DNA of 64,000 nucleotides, taken from assembly GCA_963789955.1 (NCBI GenBank), contig CAWBMV010000034.1, forward strand, positions 768,001-832,000, given 5' to 3'. The position numbers and the translations under genes are program-made. Below, piece after piece: positions 9,275-19,433 of the stretch (the first letter of the stretch is position 1; each line of letters starts with the position of its first letter). This stretch comes from an uncultured Candidatus Rokubacteria bacterium (GTDB lineage Bacteria; Methylomirabilota; Methylomirabilia; Rokubacteriales; CSP1-6). The notes under the pieces were generated by a model, which saw nothing but the letters and a program-made list of their open reading frames with translations, was not told where the DNA came from and searched no databases.

Positions 9275-9912
9275 TCATCGCGCCGGATCCGTCACGATCA
9301 GCTGGATCGGTGTCGGGTTGAAGCCGTTGCAGGGGTTTCGCGTCTGCGGGCAGTTCGAGACGACCGCCAGCACGTCCATCTCCGCGCGCAGGTCGACATA
9401 GTCGCCCGGCTTGGAGATCCCGTCGACGATCGCCATGGTCCCGTCGGGCTCGACCGGCACGTTCATGAAGAAGTTGAGATTGGCCACGACATCCTTGCGG
9501 CCCAGACCGAAGGGCGCCAGCGCGCGCAGGAAGTTCGCGCGGCAGCTCGGCGTGTCCTTGACCCCGTAGCGGAGCTCGTTGCTCTCGGCGCTGCAGCAGC
9601 CTCCGATCGTGTCGTGGCGGCCGCAGGTGTCCTCGACGATCGTCAGCAGGCGCCGGCCGAGATCCGAGTAGATGCCGTGCCCCGCGCGTGAGAAAGATCG
9701 TCTTGGCGTACTTCATCGTGTCGGCGGCGTTGTAGCGCTCCTCGGGATTGGCCGCGTTGTAGCAGAGAAAGTCCACGGCCTGCCGTCCCTCGAGGTCGAC
9801 GATCCTCAAAATCTGACCCTGCTTGAGCACTCGCGCCCACGGCTCGCCGGCCGGGCACCACGCGATCCTCGACCACGCGGCCCGCCGCGCTTCCGACCGC
9901 TCGGGAGTCCAT
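9275..9912 (-). CDS. DUF1989 urea-carboxylase-associated / carboxyguanidine deiminase-like protein (two frameshifts)
   Basis: GQILRIVDLEGRQAVDFLCYNA, DTCGRHDTIGGCCS, CRANF, NLNFFMNVPV, SNCPQTRNPCNGFNPTP, reconstructed across three frames. Confidence 0.85.
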
Positions 9913-10128
9913 GGCCGGGGAGTATAACGGACTCTGGTCGCCGCGGCGTCGGCGTCACCTAAAGCGTGTTTGACGAAGACCCCCCAAGCCCGATAGACTC
10001 CGCGAAGCTCGCACGGCCGCGCTCATGCTGCGAGGGAGTACCATCGTTCACATCGGCACAGGCTCTAGACGGGGGCGGATGACGGCACGGATGACAATGC
10101 TTGCGATGACCAGGGATCTCCCACGGGG

Positions 10129-11069
10129 ATGAGCTCGCCGCAGGGGTACGCCGCGCAGACTCGGACGGTCGCGGTCGCGGCCGTCCGGAAATCGCAGGTC
10201 GCGTGGCGTGATCGCGAGGCCGTGCAGGCGGTGTTGTGGGTCGGGCCCGCGTCCTCTACCTCGCCTTCTTCATCGCGTATCCGTTCGTGATGTCGCTCTA
10301 TCTGAGCGTCTCGAGCGCGCGGGTCGGCTCGCCCGAATGGCACTACGTCGGCCTCCTGAATTTCCAGCGGATCTTCGCCGATCCGGTCTTCTGGCAGACC
10401 GTGCGCAACTCGTTCGTGTTCACGTTCGCGTCCGAGCTGATCCGCCTGGTGATCGGCCTGCCGCTGGCGTTCGCGCTCAACCGGAGCTTCAAGGGCAAGC
10501 GCCTGGTGCAGGGGCTGATCCTGATCCCGTTCGTGATCCCGATCGCGCTTTCGTCGCTGGCCTGGAAATGGATGTTCGATTCGCTGTACAGCGTCATCAA
10601 CTGGATGCTGATGACCGCGCACATCATCGAATATCCCTGGCAGTGGCTGGGCGAGCCCGGCCTGGCCATGGTGTCCGTGGTCGTCCTCAACGTGTGGCGT
10701 GGCTTCCCGTTCTCGGCGGTGATCCTGCTCGCGGGATTGACCGCGGTGCCGACCGAGGTGATCGAGGCGGCCAAGATCGATGGGGCGGGCCCGTTACGCC
10801 GCTTCGTCTACGTGGTGGCCCCGATCGTGCGGCCCATCCTCTTCGTCGGCCTGCTCTACTCGATCGTGTTCTCGTTCACCGACTTCTCGGCGGTCTGGCT
10901 CCTGACTCAGGGTGGGCCCTATAACACCACCCACGTCTTCGGGACCTACGCATACAATGTCGGCATCAATGCCGGCGACATCGGGATGGGCGCCTCGATC
11001 ACCCTGTTCATGTTTCCGCTGCTGGCCGTGTTCGTGATCGTCATGCTGCGGCTGCTGAGACGGGAGTGA
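10129..11069 (+). CDS. CUT1 ABC transporter permease (MalF/UgpA-like), frameshift near 10250
   Basis: TM helices, VWRGFPFSAVILLAGL, EAAKIDGA loop, LTQGGP; start approximate. Confidence 0.88.
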
Positions 11070-11070
11070 C

Positions 11071-11919
11071 GTGAGAAGCCAGCTCTGGCGCAAGATCCGA
11101 CGCGACTACGGGCCCTACCTGCCGCTCTCTCCCTACCTGTTCATCGTCCTGTTCCCGTTCTACTGGATGATCATTACCACCTTCAAACGGGACAACGACC
11201 TCTACAATCTGACGGGGGTTCCGTTCTGGTTCAAGGAGCCCCCCACGATGCAGCACGTGCAGCTGCTGCTGCACGACACGCTGTTCTTGGTGTGGCTCAA
11301 GAACAGCCTGCTGATCGGAGTCTGCGTGGTCGTCGTGACCCTGGCCCTCGGATTGCCGGCGGCCTACGCGCTGGCCCGGATGCGCTTTCCCGGCAACCGT
11401 GCGATGTCGACGGCGATGTTTCTCTCGTATCTGATTCCGCCCGCGCTCCTGTTCCTGCCGCTCTCCCAGCTGGTGCGCGGCATCGGGTTCGGCGACTCGA
11501 TCTGGTCGCTCGTGATCGTGTACCCGTCCTTCACGTTGCCGTTCTGTACCTGGCTGCTCATGGGCTTCGTGCGGACGGTGCCGCACGAGATCGAAGAGAG
11601 CGCGCAGCTCGACGGCTGCACGCGGTTCCAGACGTTCCGGATGATCGTCCTGCCGGTCATCGTGCCCGGCATCATCACCGCGGGCATCTTCGCGTTCACC
11701 TTGACGTATCAGGAATTCATCTACGCCCTGACGTTCATTTCCGCGTCGGCGAACAAGACCATCGCGTACGGCGTCACCACCGACCTGATCCGTGGTGACG
11801 TCTTCTACTGGGGCTCGCTGATGGCTGGTGCGCTCATCGGTTCCATTCCGGTGGCGATCGTGTATGCGTTCAGCCTCGATCACTTCATCCATGGGCTGAC
11901 CGCTGGAGCTCTGAAATGA
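11071..11919 (+). CDS. CUT1 ABC transporter permease (MalG/UgpE-like)
   Basis: FPFYWM, PFCTWLLMGF, IEESAQLDGC, IRGDVFYWGSLMAGA. Confidence 0.92.
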   Translation: MRSQLWRKIRRDYGPYLPLSPYLFIVLFPFYWMIITTFKRDNDLYNLTGVPFWFKEPPTMQHVQLLLHDTLFLVWLKNSLLIGVCVVVVTLALGLPAAYALARMRFPGNRAMSTAMFLSYLIPPALLFLPLSQLVRGIGFGDSIWSLVIVYPSFTLPFCTWLLMGFVRTVPHEIEESAQLDGCTRFQTFRMIVLPVIVPGIITAGIFAFTLTYQEFIYALTFISASANKTIAYGVTTDLIRGDVFYWGSLMAGALIGSIPVAIVYAFSLDHFIHGLTAGALK

Positions 11920-11950
11920 GTCCATCGATCGTTCAAAGGAGGAGAAGCAC

Positions 11951-13236
11951 ATGGCACGGGTGACACGTCGTCGGTTCATTGCTACGACCGCGGCCGGCGC
12001 GGCCGTGGCCCCTCACGTATGGGTCAAGTCAGCGGCGGCCCAGTCGAAGCAGCTCTCGGTCCTGTGCTGGAGCCACTTCGTCCCGTCCTACGACAAGTGG
12101 TTCGATCAGTGGGGCCAGGAGTGGGCGGCCAAGAACAACGTCAAGCTGACGATCGACCACATCCCGCACCTGAACATCCCGGCCAAGATCGCGGCCGAGA
12201 TCGCCACGCAATCCGGCCACGACATCGTGCAGATGCCGGGCACCGGCACCGAGAAGTTCGCCCCGGCCCTGATCGATGTCCAGGACCTGGCCGACAAGCT
12301 CGGCAAGAAGTACGGCGGCTGGACGCCGCTGGCGAAGAACTTCTCCGAGGTGAAGGGGCGGTTCAAGTCGATTCCCGACTACTTCATCGACTTCCCCGGC
12401 CTCTACCGGAAAGACCTCTGGACAGAGGTCGGCATGCCGAACGGTCCGGACACCTGGGACGAGCTGCCGAGTCGGCGGCGCCAAGCTGAAAGCCAAGGGC
12501 TTCCCGCTCGGGATCGGGCTGGCGCATCACAACGACTCGCGCAACTCGTGGCGGGCCATCATGTGGTGCCACGGGGGTTCCGAGGTCGCCAAGGACGGCA
12601 AGACGATCACCTATAACTCGAAGGAAGTCCGGGAAGGCCTGAAGTACTTCAAGGCGCTCTACAAGGAAGCGATGACGCCGGAAGTGCTGGCGTGGGACGA
12701 CGCCTCCAACAACCGGCTCCTGGCCTCCGGGCGCGGCTCGTGGATCCACAATCCGATCAGCGCCTACCGGACGATCGAAGGGCAGAACAAGGAGCTGGCG
12801 GACAAGATCTTCATCCAGCTGTCGCCGCGCGGGCCGGCGGGTCGCCTCTCCTACGCCAACTGTTTGGCCTACGGCATCACGAAGTTCTCGACGAACCAGG
12901 ACGCGGCCAAGCTAGTTCCTGGAGAACCTCACCGACAACTTCAAGGAGGCGTTCCGCGCCAGCACGGGCTACGACACGCCGTTCCTGAAGGACTTCGCGA
13001 AGGGCCCGCTGCCGATCATCAGCGAGGACCCGAAGCTCAAGCCCCTGGAGAAGTCGCCGGAGTATCACTTCACGATGGGCTATCCGGGTCCGTGCTCGCC
13101 CGCCGCGGACGAGGTCTATCAGCAGTTCGTGATGATCGACGCGGTGGCGCAGTTCTGCACGGACAAGATGGATCTCGAGACGACCGTCAAGTGGGGCGAA
13201 GATAAGATCCGCGCCATCTACGCGAAGTTCGCGTAG
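11951..13236 (+). CDS. CUT1 ABC substrate-binding protein with Tat signal (two frameshifts)
   Basis: TRRRFI Tat motif, WSHFVPSYDKWFD, YRKDL, WDDASNNR; three consecutive frames ending ...YAKFA*. Confidence 0.88.
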
Positions 13237-13251
13237 GCGCTCTCCGTCGAA

Positions 13252-13277
13252 CACCCCGCCCCGCGAGGGGCGGGGTG
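13252..13277 (+). terminator. GC-rich hairpin after the binding-protein gene
   Basis: CACCCCGCCCC-GCGA-GGGGCGGGGTG, a perfect 11-bp stem with a GNRA loop and no U-tract. Confidence 0.55.
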
Positions 13278-13308
13278 CCGCGCGCCCGCCGGCGCGGGAC
13301 TTTGACTC

Positions 13309-14308
13309 GTGGCAGCGACTCGACGCAGGCTCGTTCTGGCGGCGCTCCTGATCCTGGCGGCGCCGTCCGTTCCGTCACCTCAGACTCAAGCCCAGGTCGA
13401 GACGGTCGCGACGGGCGTGCTCCGGCCCCTGCAGATCGTCTGGGATGGGCATGCCCTGATCGTGCTGAGCTACAGCGCGCGCGGCGATTCCGCCGGTGAG
13501 CTCTATCGACTTCCCGATCGACAGCGGCGCGCCCGTCGATCTCACGCGGAAGCCGGCGAGGATTCCGTTCCGCGGCGCGGACGGCACCACGCTCGGCAGC
13601 CTCGCGCGCGATCCCGAATCGGGCGCGCTCTTCGTGGGCGAAGAGAATGGAACCCGCGTCTGGCGCCTCGGCGCCGACGACCGGCTGACCCTCTACGTGA
13701 CCGGGCTTCGACGCCTGGCCGGCGGCGGCACGGTCACGTTCGACCGCGCCGGACGTCTCATCTTGCTCGACTACGCCGACCCCTACGTTTCCCGCCCGGA
13801 GGAGCGGTTGCCGCCGGGGCTCGAGCAGCTTCGAATCGAGGAAGACTATCTCGGTCCGCTGGTCTTCCGTCTCGCCCTCGACACGTCCGTCGGGCTCCCG
13901 CGCCGCCTCGAGCACGTGCAGCCGTTGTACCCGCGCGGGTGGGGAAAGCGACGAGGGAGCGCCCAGCTGCCGCAGTTCACGTCGGCGACCACGCTCGCGA
14001 ACGGTGACCTGCTGCTGCTCGCGTCGAGCGGCGTCTTGTATCGCCTGGCCGCCGACGGAGGTCTCACGGTCTTCGCGGCGCTACCCCGCGGCCAGTACAC
14101 GCGCACCAACCTGGCCATGGCCGCTGCCGACGGAACCGTCTACGTCAGCGGCGGCTTTCACGTGGGGCAGGTCTTCCGGGTCTCGCGCGACGGCGCGGTC
14201 GAGACCTTGGCCTCGGATCTCGCGGATCCCGAGGGCATCGCGGTGGACGGGCGGGGCGCTGTCTACGTCGCCGAGTCGTCGCTGCATCGGATCGTGCGCC
14301 TGCGGTAG
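13309..14308 (+). CDS. Secreted beta-propeller protein (NHL/SMP-30-like), frameshift near 13513
   Basis: Signal peptide; ADPEGIAVDGRGAVYVAESSLHRI blade; paralogous to 37763..38804. Confidence 0.7.
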
Positions 14309-14371
14309 CGGATCGGAAGTGGTAGTGTTTCTCACTCGCAGTGACACATCACTCCTCGTCGAGGTGGACGC

Positions 14372-15155
14372 ATGACCGACATTCTGGTGCAGCACGACGG
14401 GCCGATCGCGACGGTCGTCATCAACCGACCGGCGATGCGCAACGCGATCAGCCTGGCGATGTGGACCGAGCTCTCGCGCGTGACCCAGGAGCTGGGGAAG
14501 ACCGACTCGGTCCGGGCGATCGTCTATCGCGGCGCGGGCACCGTGGCGTTCGCCTCCGGCGCCGACATCTCGGAGTTCAAGGAGCAGCGCAAGGACGTCG
14601 CGAGCGCCGCGCGCTACAACGAGCAGACCGGGGCGGCCTACTCGACGATTCGCGAGTGTCCCAAGCCGACCGTCGCGATGATCTTCGGCTTCTGCATGGG
14701 CGGGGCGATGGCCGTCGCGATGGCGTGTGACATGCGGTTCGCCGCGGAGGGTTCGAAGTTCGGTATTCCCGCCGCGCGCCTCTCCATCATCTACGGCGCG
14801 GACTCCGTCGGCCAGCTCGTCGACCTCGTCGGCCCCGCCTACGCCAAGGACATCCTGTATTCGGCGCGGACGGTCGACGACTCGCGAAGCGCTGGCGATG
14901 GGGTTCATCCAGCGGCTGCTGCCGGCGGCCGAGCTCGAGCCCTACACCTACGACTATCTGCGCAAGGTCGCCGACAACGCGCCGCTGTCGGTGAGCGGCG
15001 CCAAGGCGACGATCGAGTCGTACCTGATGGGGCTCACGGACGAGCGGCGCAAGAAGCTCCGGGACCTCGCGGTCGTGGCGACCGAGAGCGACGACTACCA
15101 GGAAGGCACGCGGGCCTTCCTGGAGAAGCGCGCGGCCAGGTTCACCGGGCGCTAG
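14372..15155 (+). CDS. Enoyl-CoA hydratase/isomerase (frameshift near 14882)
   Basis: INRPAMRNAI, AFASGADISEF, KPTVAMIFGFCMGGA, DYQEGTRAFLEKR. Confidence 0.9.
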
Positions 15156-15166
15156 CGCGCCGGGTC

Positions 15167-16219
15167 GTGCGCTTCGAGTTCCTCACGTCGACGCCGCTGT
15201 CGCCGACCGAGGGCAGCGGGACGTTCGTCGCCATCGATGGTCTCGTCCGCGGCCTCGCGATGCTCGGCCACGAGGTCGCCGTCCGGCCGCTCGACATCCG
15301 CACCGGCTTTCACACGTTCGACCGCTGGCTCTACAACGCGCGGGTCGCGCTCGCGCCGCCGGTCGCCGACGTCACGGTCGGTGTCGACCTCGACGGATTT
15401 CTCTGGGCGCGCCGGCGCCGCGGACGCTTCGTCGTGATGCTGAAGGGGATCATCGCCGACGAGCTTCGGAACGAGCGGGGCGTGGTGCGGGCGCTGCTCG
15501 GCGTGCAGGCGCGCTGGGAGCGGCGCAACACCGCGCGCGCCGACCGGGTGTTCGTGCCGAGCCGGTACTCCGCCTCGGTCGCCCACGATGTCTACGACAT
15601 TCCGACCTCGAAGCTGGTCGTCGTCCCCGAGCCGATCGATCTCGCCGACTGGCGGCGACGCTTCGCCGAGGCCGACGGCGTGCGCGCGGTCCGCCCCACC
15701 GTGCTGTCGGTCGCACGGATGTACCCGCGCAAGCGCTTGAACGACCTGTTGCTCGCCGCCGCCATTCTCCGCGAGCGAATCCCCACGGCCCAGATTCGCA
15801 TCGTAGGGGAGGGGCCGGAGTCGGCGAGCCTGCGCGCGCTGCATCGCAAGCTCGGGCTCGGCGACACGGCGGTGCTGCTCGGTGAAGTCACGCGCCGGAT
15901 GCTCGCGGTAGAATATGTCAGCGCCCACTGTTTTTGCCTCCCGACAGTCCAGGAAGGATTCGGGCTGGTATTCGCCGAGGCCATGGCGGCCGGGCTGCCT
16001 GTGGTAGCGTGTCGAGCCGCGGCGGTGCCGGAGATCGTCGAGGATCGGCAGACCGGTTTACTCGTCAATCCGCGGAGCCCGGGCGAGCTGGCGACCGCGT
16101 TGGAGACATTGTTGACGAACAGAGAGCTCAGCGAAGAGTTCGGTCGGGTCGCGACCCAGCGAGTCGAGGCGTTCAGCCTCGAGTCGGTGGCGCGCCGCTT
16201 CCTCGAGGCGCTGCCATGA
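15167..16219 (+). CDS. Glycosyltransferase family 4
   Basis: GTG 15167; VARMYPRKR, EGFGLVFAEAMAAGLPVV, PEIVEDRQTGLLV; ATGA overlap with the next gene. Confidence 0.88.
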   Translation: MRFEFLTSTPLSPTEGSGTFVAIDGLVRGLAMLGHEVAVRPLDIRTGFHTFDRWLYNARVALAPPVADVTVGVDLDGFLWARRRRGRFVVMLKGIIADELRNERGVVRALLGVQARWERRNTARADRVFVPSRYSASVAHDVYDIPTSKLVVVPEPIDLADWRRRFAEADGVRAVRPTVLSVARMYPRKRLNDLLLAAAILRERIPTAQIRIVGEGPESASLRALHRKLGLGDTAVLLGEVTRRMLAVEYVSAHCFCLPTVQEGFGLVFAEAMAAGLPVVACRAAAVPEIVEDRQTGLLVNPRSPGELATALETLLTNRELSEEFGRVATQRVEAFSLESVARRFLEALP

Positions 16220-16635
16220 CGGACACCGCGCGCGCCGCCAGCACCCGGCGCTTCACGTTCTCAGCCGGTCATCGCTACTGGGTCGAGAGCTGGTCTGCCG
16301 AAGAGAACGAGCGGTTCTTCGGACGGCTCACGGTTCCGCACGGCCACAACTACACGCTCGACGTCACCGTGCGCGGGCCGATCGACCCGCAGACGGGCAT
16401 GGTCATCGACCTCGCCGAGCTCAAGCGGGTGGTGGGCGAGACCGTCGTGGACCGCTTCGACCACGCGGATCTGACCGCGGACCCGCTGTTCCGCGGCCGC
16501 GTCCCCACCACCGAGAACATCGCGATCACGGTGTGGGAGCTCCTGGCGCCGAAGCTCGGCGCGGATCGGCTGTGGCAGGTGCGGGTGTGGGAGGATCCGA
16601 GCTTGTTCGTCGACTATCGAGGGCCCGATGCTTGA
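16216..16635 (+). CDS. 6-pyruvoyl-tetrahydropterin synthase / QueD-like domain 1
   Basis: FSAGHRYW...EEN...HGHNY, GMVIDL, FDH, PTTENIA; no Cys before HGH. Confidence 0.85.
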   Translation: MTDTARAASTRRFTFSAGHRYWVESWSAEENERFFGRLTVPHGHNYTLDVTVRGPIDPQTGMVIDLAELKRVVGETVVDRFDHADLTADPLFRGRVPTTENIAITVWELLAPKLGADRLWQVRVWEDPSLFVDYRGPDA

Positions 16636-17032
16636 GCTCACGCGCATCTATCACTTCAGCGCGGGCCATCGTCTGGCCGATCCGGCGCTCTCGGACGAAG
16701 CGAACGAGGCCCTCTACGGCCAGTGCTTCCGTCCGCACGGCCACAACTACTATCTGGAAGTCACCGTGGCCGGCCGACCGGATGCGGTGACGGGCATGGC
16801 GGTGGATCTCGGACAGATCGACGGCGCCGTGCGCGAGCGCGTGCTCGACCACGTCGATCATCGTACGCTGGAGGAAGTCCCGGCCCTGGCCGGTGTCGTG
16901 ACCACGGGCGAGGGGCTGGCGCGCGCGTTCTGGCGCCTCCTGGCGCCGGCCGTCCCGGCGGGCGCGCTCCGGCGCGTGACCGTCGTCGAGACGGCCAAGA
17001 ATCGATTCCAGTACGAAGGTGAGGCCGCGTGA
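16628..17032 (+). CDS. 6-pyruvoyl-tetrahydropterin synthase / QueD-like domain 2
   Basis: [52 protein letters not shown]. Confidence 0.87.
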   Translation: MLELTRIYHFSAGHRLADPALSDEANEALYGQCFRPHGHNYYLEVTVAGRPDAVTGMAVDLGQIDGAVRERVLDHVDHRTLEEVPALAGVVTTGEGLARAFWRLLAPAVPAGALRRVTVVETAKNRFQYEGEAA

Positions 17033-17610
17033 TGAGCGAAGACGGAAGCATCGCGAAGCTAGTCGCGAAGATCCTGGAAGAGGTCGGCGAGGACGTCGAG
17101 CGCGAAGGCCTCGAACGGACGCCGGACCGCGTCGAGAAGGCGCTCCGCTATCTGACGTCCGGATACGAGCAGGACGCGAAGGAGATTCTGAACGACGCCA
17201 TGTTCGTCGAGGACTACGACGAGATGGTGATCGTGAAGGACATCGACTTCAGCTCGCTCTGCGAGCACCATCTGCTGCCGTTCCTCGGCAAGTGCCACGT
17301 GGCCTACATGCCCGGCCGCAAGATCGTCGGCCTGTCCAAGATCCCGCGGCTGGTCGAGATGTTCAGCCGGCGCCTGCAAGTCCAGGAGCGGCTGACGACG
17401 CAGATCGCCAGCACCATCAACGAGGTCCTGCAGCCGCGCGGCGTCGCCGTCGTGATGGAGGCGGTCCATCTGTGCATGCTGATGCGCGGCGTCGAGAAAC
17501 AGAACTCGAAGGCGATCACCTCGGCCATGCTCGGCTCGTTCCGTGACCGGCCGGAGACGCGCGCCGAGTTCATGGACCTGATCAAGTCGAGCCGGGGGCT
17601 CCAGATTTGA
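17029..17610 (+). CDS. folE: GTP cyclohydrolase I
   Basis: [48 protein letters not shown]. Confidence 0.96.
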   Translation: MMSEDGSIAKLVAKILEEVGEDVEREGLERTPDRVEKALRYLTSGYEQDAKEILNDAMFVEDYDEMVIVKDIDFSSLCEHHLLPFLGKCHVAYMPGRKIVGLSKIPRLVEMFSRRLQVQERLTTQIASTINEVLQPRGVAVVMEAVHLCMLMRGVEKQNSKAITSAMLGSFRDRPETRAEFMDLIKSSRGLQI

Positions 17611-18335
17611 CCGGCCGGGGCGCGCTGCACGGTCAAGTCGCGATCGTCACCGGCGCCGGCCGCGGCGTCGGGCACGCGGTCGCGATGGCTCTCGCCCGCG
17701 AGGGGGCCACCGTGGTGCTGGCGGCGCGGACGCGTCAGCAGCTGGCCGCGACGGCGGCGGCCATTCGCGAGAGCGGGGGCACGGCGCTCGCCATCCCGAC
17801 GGACGTCACGCAGGACGGCGCGGTCGAGGCGATGGTCGAGGAGGCCGTGGCCGAGCTGGGCCGCGTCGACACGCTCGTCACCGCGGCCGGCGCCGCGTCA
17901 TTCGGTCCGGTGGTGGGCACCAAGCCTTCCGACTGGGACGCGATCCTCGCCGTGAATCTGCGCGCGGTGATGGTCTGCTGCCGTGCGGTGCTCCCGATCA
18001 TGATCCGCCAGCACCGGGGCACGATCATCAATATCGCCTCGATCGCCGCCCAGAGGGCGATCCCCGGCGCGGCCGTCTACACCGCCACGAAGGCGGGGGT
18101 GGTCGGCTTCAGCCGCGTTCTGGCGGAGGAGCTTCGCTCGGAGGGGGTGCGGGTCGGGGTACTGGTCCCGGGGGCCGTGGATACGCCCCTCTGGGATGCC
18201 ATCCCGAATCCGCCGGACCGCAGCCGCATGCTGCGGCCCGAGGACGTCGCCCGGGGCGCGGTCCTGATGGCGTCGCTGCCGCCGGGCGCCTCGCTCGAGG
18301 AGCTGACCCTGCTGCCTCAGGGCGGCATCCTCTGA
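17607..18335 (+). CDS. SDR oxidoreductase, candidate sepiapterin reductase
   Basis: [23 protein letters not shown]; translationally coupled to folE. Confidence 0.8.
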   Translation: MTGRGALHGQVAIVTGAGRGVGHAVAMALAREGATVVLAARTRQQLAATAAAIRESGGTALAIPTDVTQDGAVEAMVEEAVAELGRVDTLVTAAGAASFGPVVGTKPSDWDAILAVNLRAVMVCCRAVLPIMIRQHRGTIINIASIAAQRAIPGAAVYTATKAGVVGFSRVLAEELRSEGVRVGVLVPGAVDTPLWDAIPNPPDRSRMLRPEDVARGAVLMASLPPGASLEELTLLPQGGIL

Positions 18336-18416
18336 CACCCCCAGGCCGGCATCCTGTGATACGATGACTTCGATCGGTTCGATTCCAGAAACGCCTGCTA
18401 GATCGGGAGGATCGCA

Positions 18417-18743
18417 ATGGTTACGATGACCGAAATCGCCGCGAAGAAAGTCTCCGAGCTTCGCCTCGAAGAAGGCAAGCCCGAATGGGGCCTTCGGATC
18501 CGTGTGGTCGGCGGTGGCTGCTCGGGCATGTCGTATGAGCTCGGCTGGGAAGACCAGGCCGCGGCCGACGACAACGTGCTCGACGCCCAGGGCATCAAGG
18601 TCTACATCGACAAGCACAGCGCGCCCTACCTCGAGGGCAGCGAGATCGACTTCGTCGACAACAACATGATGGGCGCCGGGTTCGCGATCAAGAATCCGAA
18701 CGTGAAGTCGAGCTGCGGCTGCGGTCAGTCGCACCGCTTCTAA
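18417..18743 (+). CDS. iscA: A-type Fe-S carrier (IscA/ErpA/HesB)
   Basis: GGGCSGMSY, NPNVKSSCGCGQS. Confidence 0.92.
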   Translation: MVTMTEIAAKKVSELRLEEGKPEWGLRIRVVGGGCSGMSYELGWEDQAAADDNVLDAQGIKVYIDKHSAPYLEGSEIDFVDNNMMGAGFAIKNPNVKSSCGCGQSHRF

Positions 18744-18757
18744 GCTCGCAGTCCACG

Positions 18758-19429
18758 GTGCGCGTCCGGGTTCGTCTCTTCGCCCGGTACCGAGAGGCGC
18801 TCGGACGCGAACAGCTCGAAGTCGATCTTCCTGAGGGTGGCACGGTCGAGTCTGCCTGGTCGGCGATCGCCGACCGCCACCCCGAGCTCGCGCAGTTCCG
18901 TCCATTCACCCTGTTCGCGGTCGGCCACGACTACGTCGCCGCCGACCATCGTCTGGCGCCCGACGACGAGCTCTGTCTCTTCCCGCCCGTGAGCGGCGGC
19001 TCCGCGCCCGATATCTTTCGCGTCGTGACCGAGCCGCTGTCGCCCGACGCGATCGCGGTCGAGGTGGACGACCCGGGTGCCGGCGGCGTCGTCATCTTCT
19101 CGGGGGTCGTCCGGAACCAGACCGGCGGCCGACCGGTCAAGTATCTCGAGTACGAGGCGCACGCGACGATGGCCGAGGTGAAGATGCGCGAGATCGGCCA
19201 GACCGTGCGCTCGCGATGGCCGGGCGTGCAACGCGTCGCGATGCTCCACCGTACCGGGCGCCTGGAGATCGGCGAGGCGAGTGTGCTCATCGCCGTCTCG
19301 GCCCAGCACCGCGGCGATGCGTTCGAAGCGTGCCGCTACGCGATCGACACCCTCAAGCGCACGGTGCCCGTGTGGAAGAAGGAGTACTTCGAGGACGGCG
19401 AGGTCTGGGTGGGGCTCCAGGGCGGCTAG
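18758..19429 (+). CDS. moaX: Fused molybdopterin synthase MoaD-MoaE (MoaX-like)
   Basis: N-terminal VRLFA...FPPVSGG followed in frame by MoaE motifs GGVVIFSGVVR, LEYEAH, HRTGRL, PVWKKE. Confidence 0.88.
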   Translation: MRVRVRLFARYREALGREQLEVDLPEGGTVESAWSAIADRHPELAQFRPFTLFAVGHDYVAADHRLAPDDELCLFPPVSGGSAPDIFRVVTEPLSPDAIAVEVDDPGAGGVVIFSGVVRNQTGGRPVKYLEYEAHATMAEVKMREIGQTVRSRWPGVQRVAMLHRTGRLEIGEASVLIAVSAQHRGDAFEACRYAIDTLKRTVPVWKKEYFEDGEVWVGLQGG

Positions 19430-19433
19430 GCGC

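Noticed and set aside
9913..10000. Guanidine riboswitch upstream of DUF1989
   Set aside because: No paired ACGR hairpins or ykkC consensus is visible, and a -10 hexamer sits 8 nt from the ATG, leaving no leader.
14372..16219. Apparent 615-aa enoyl-CoA hydratase-glycosyltransferase fusion in the ORF track
   Set aside because: Artefact of the frameshift near 14882. The hydratase ends at 15155 in another frame and the GT starts at 15167.
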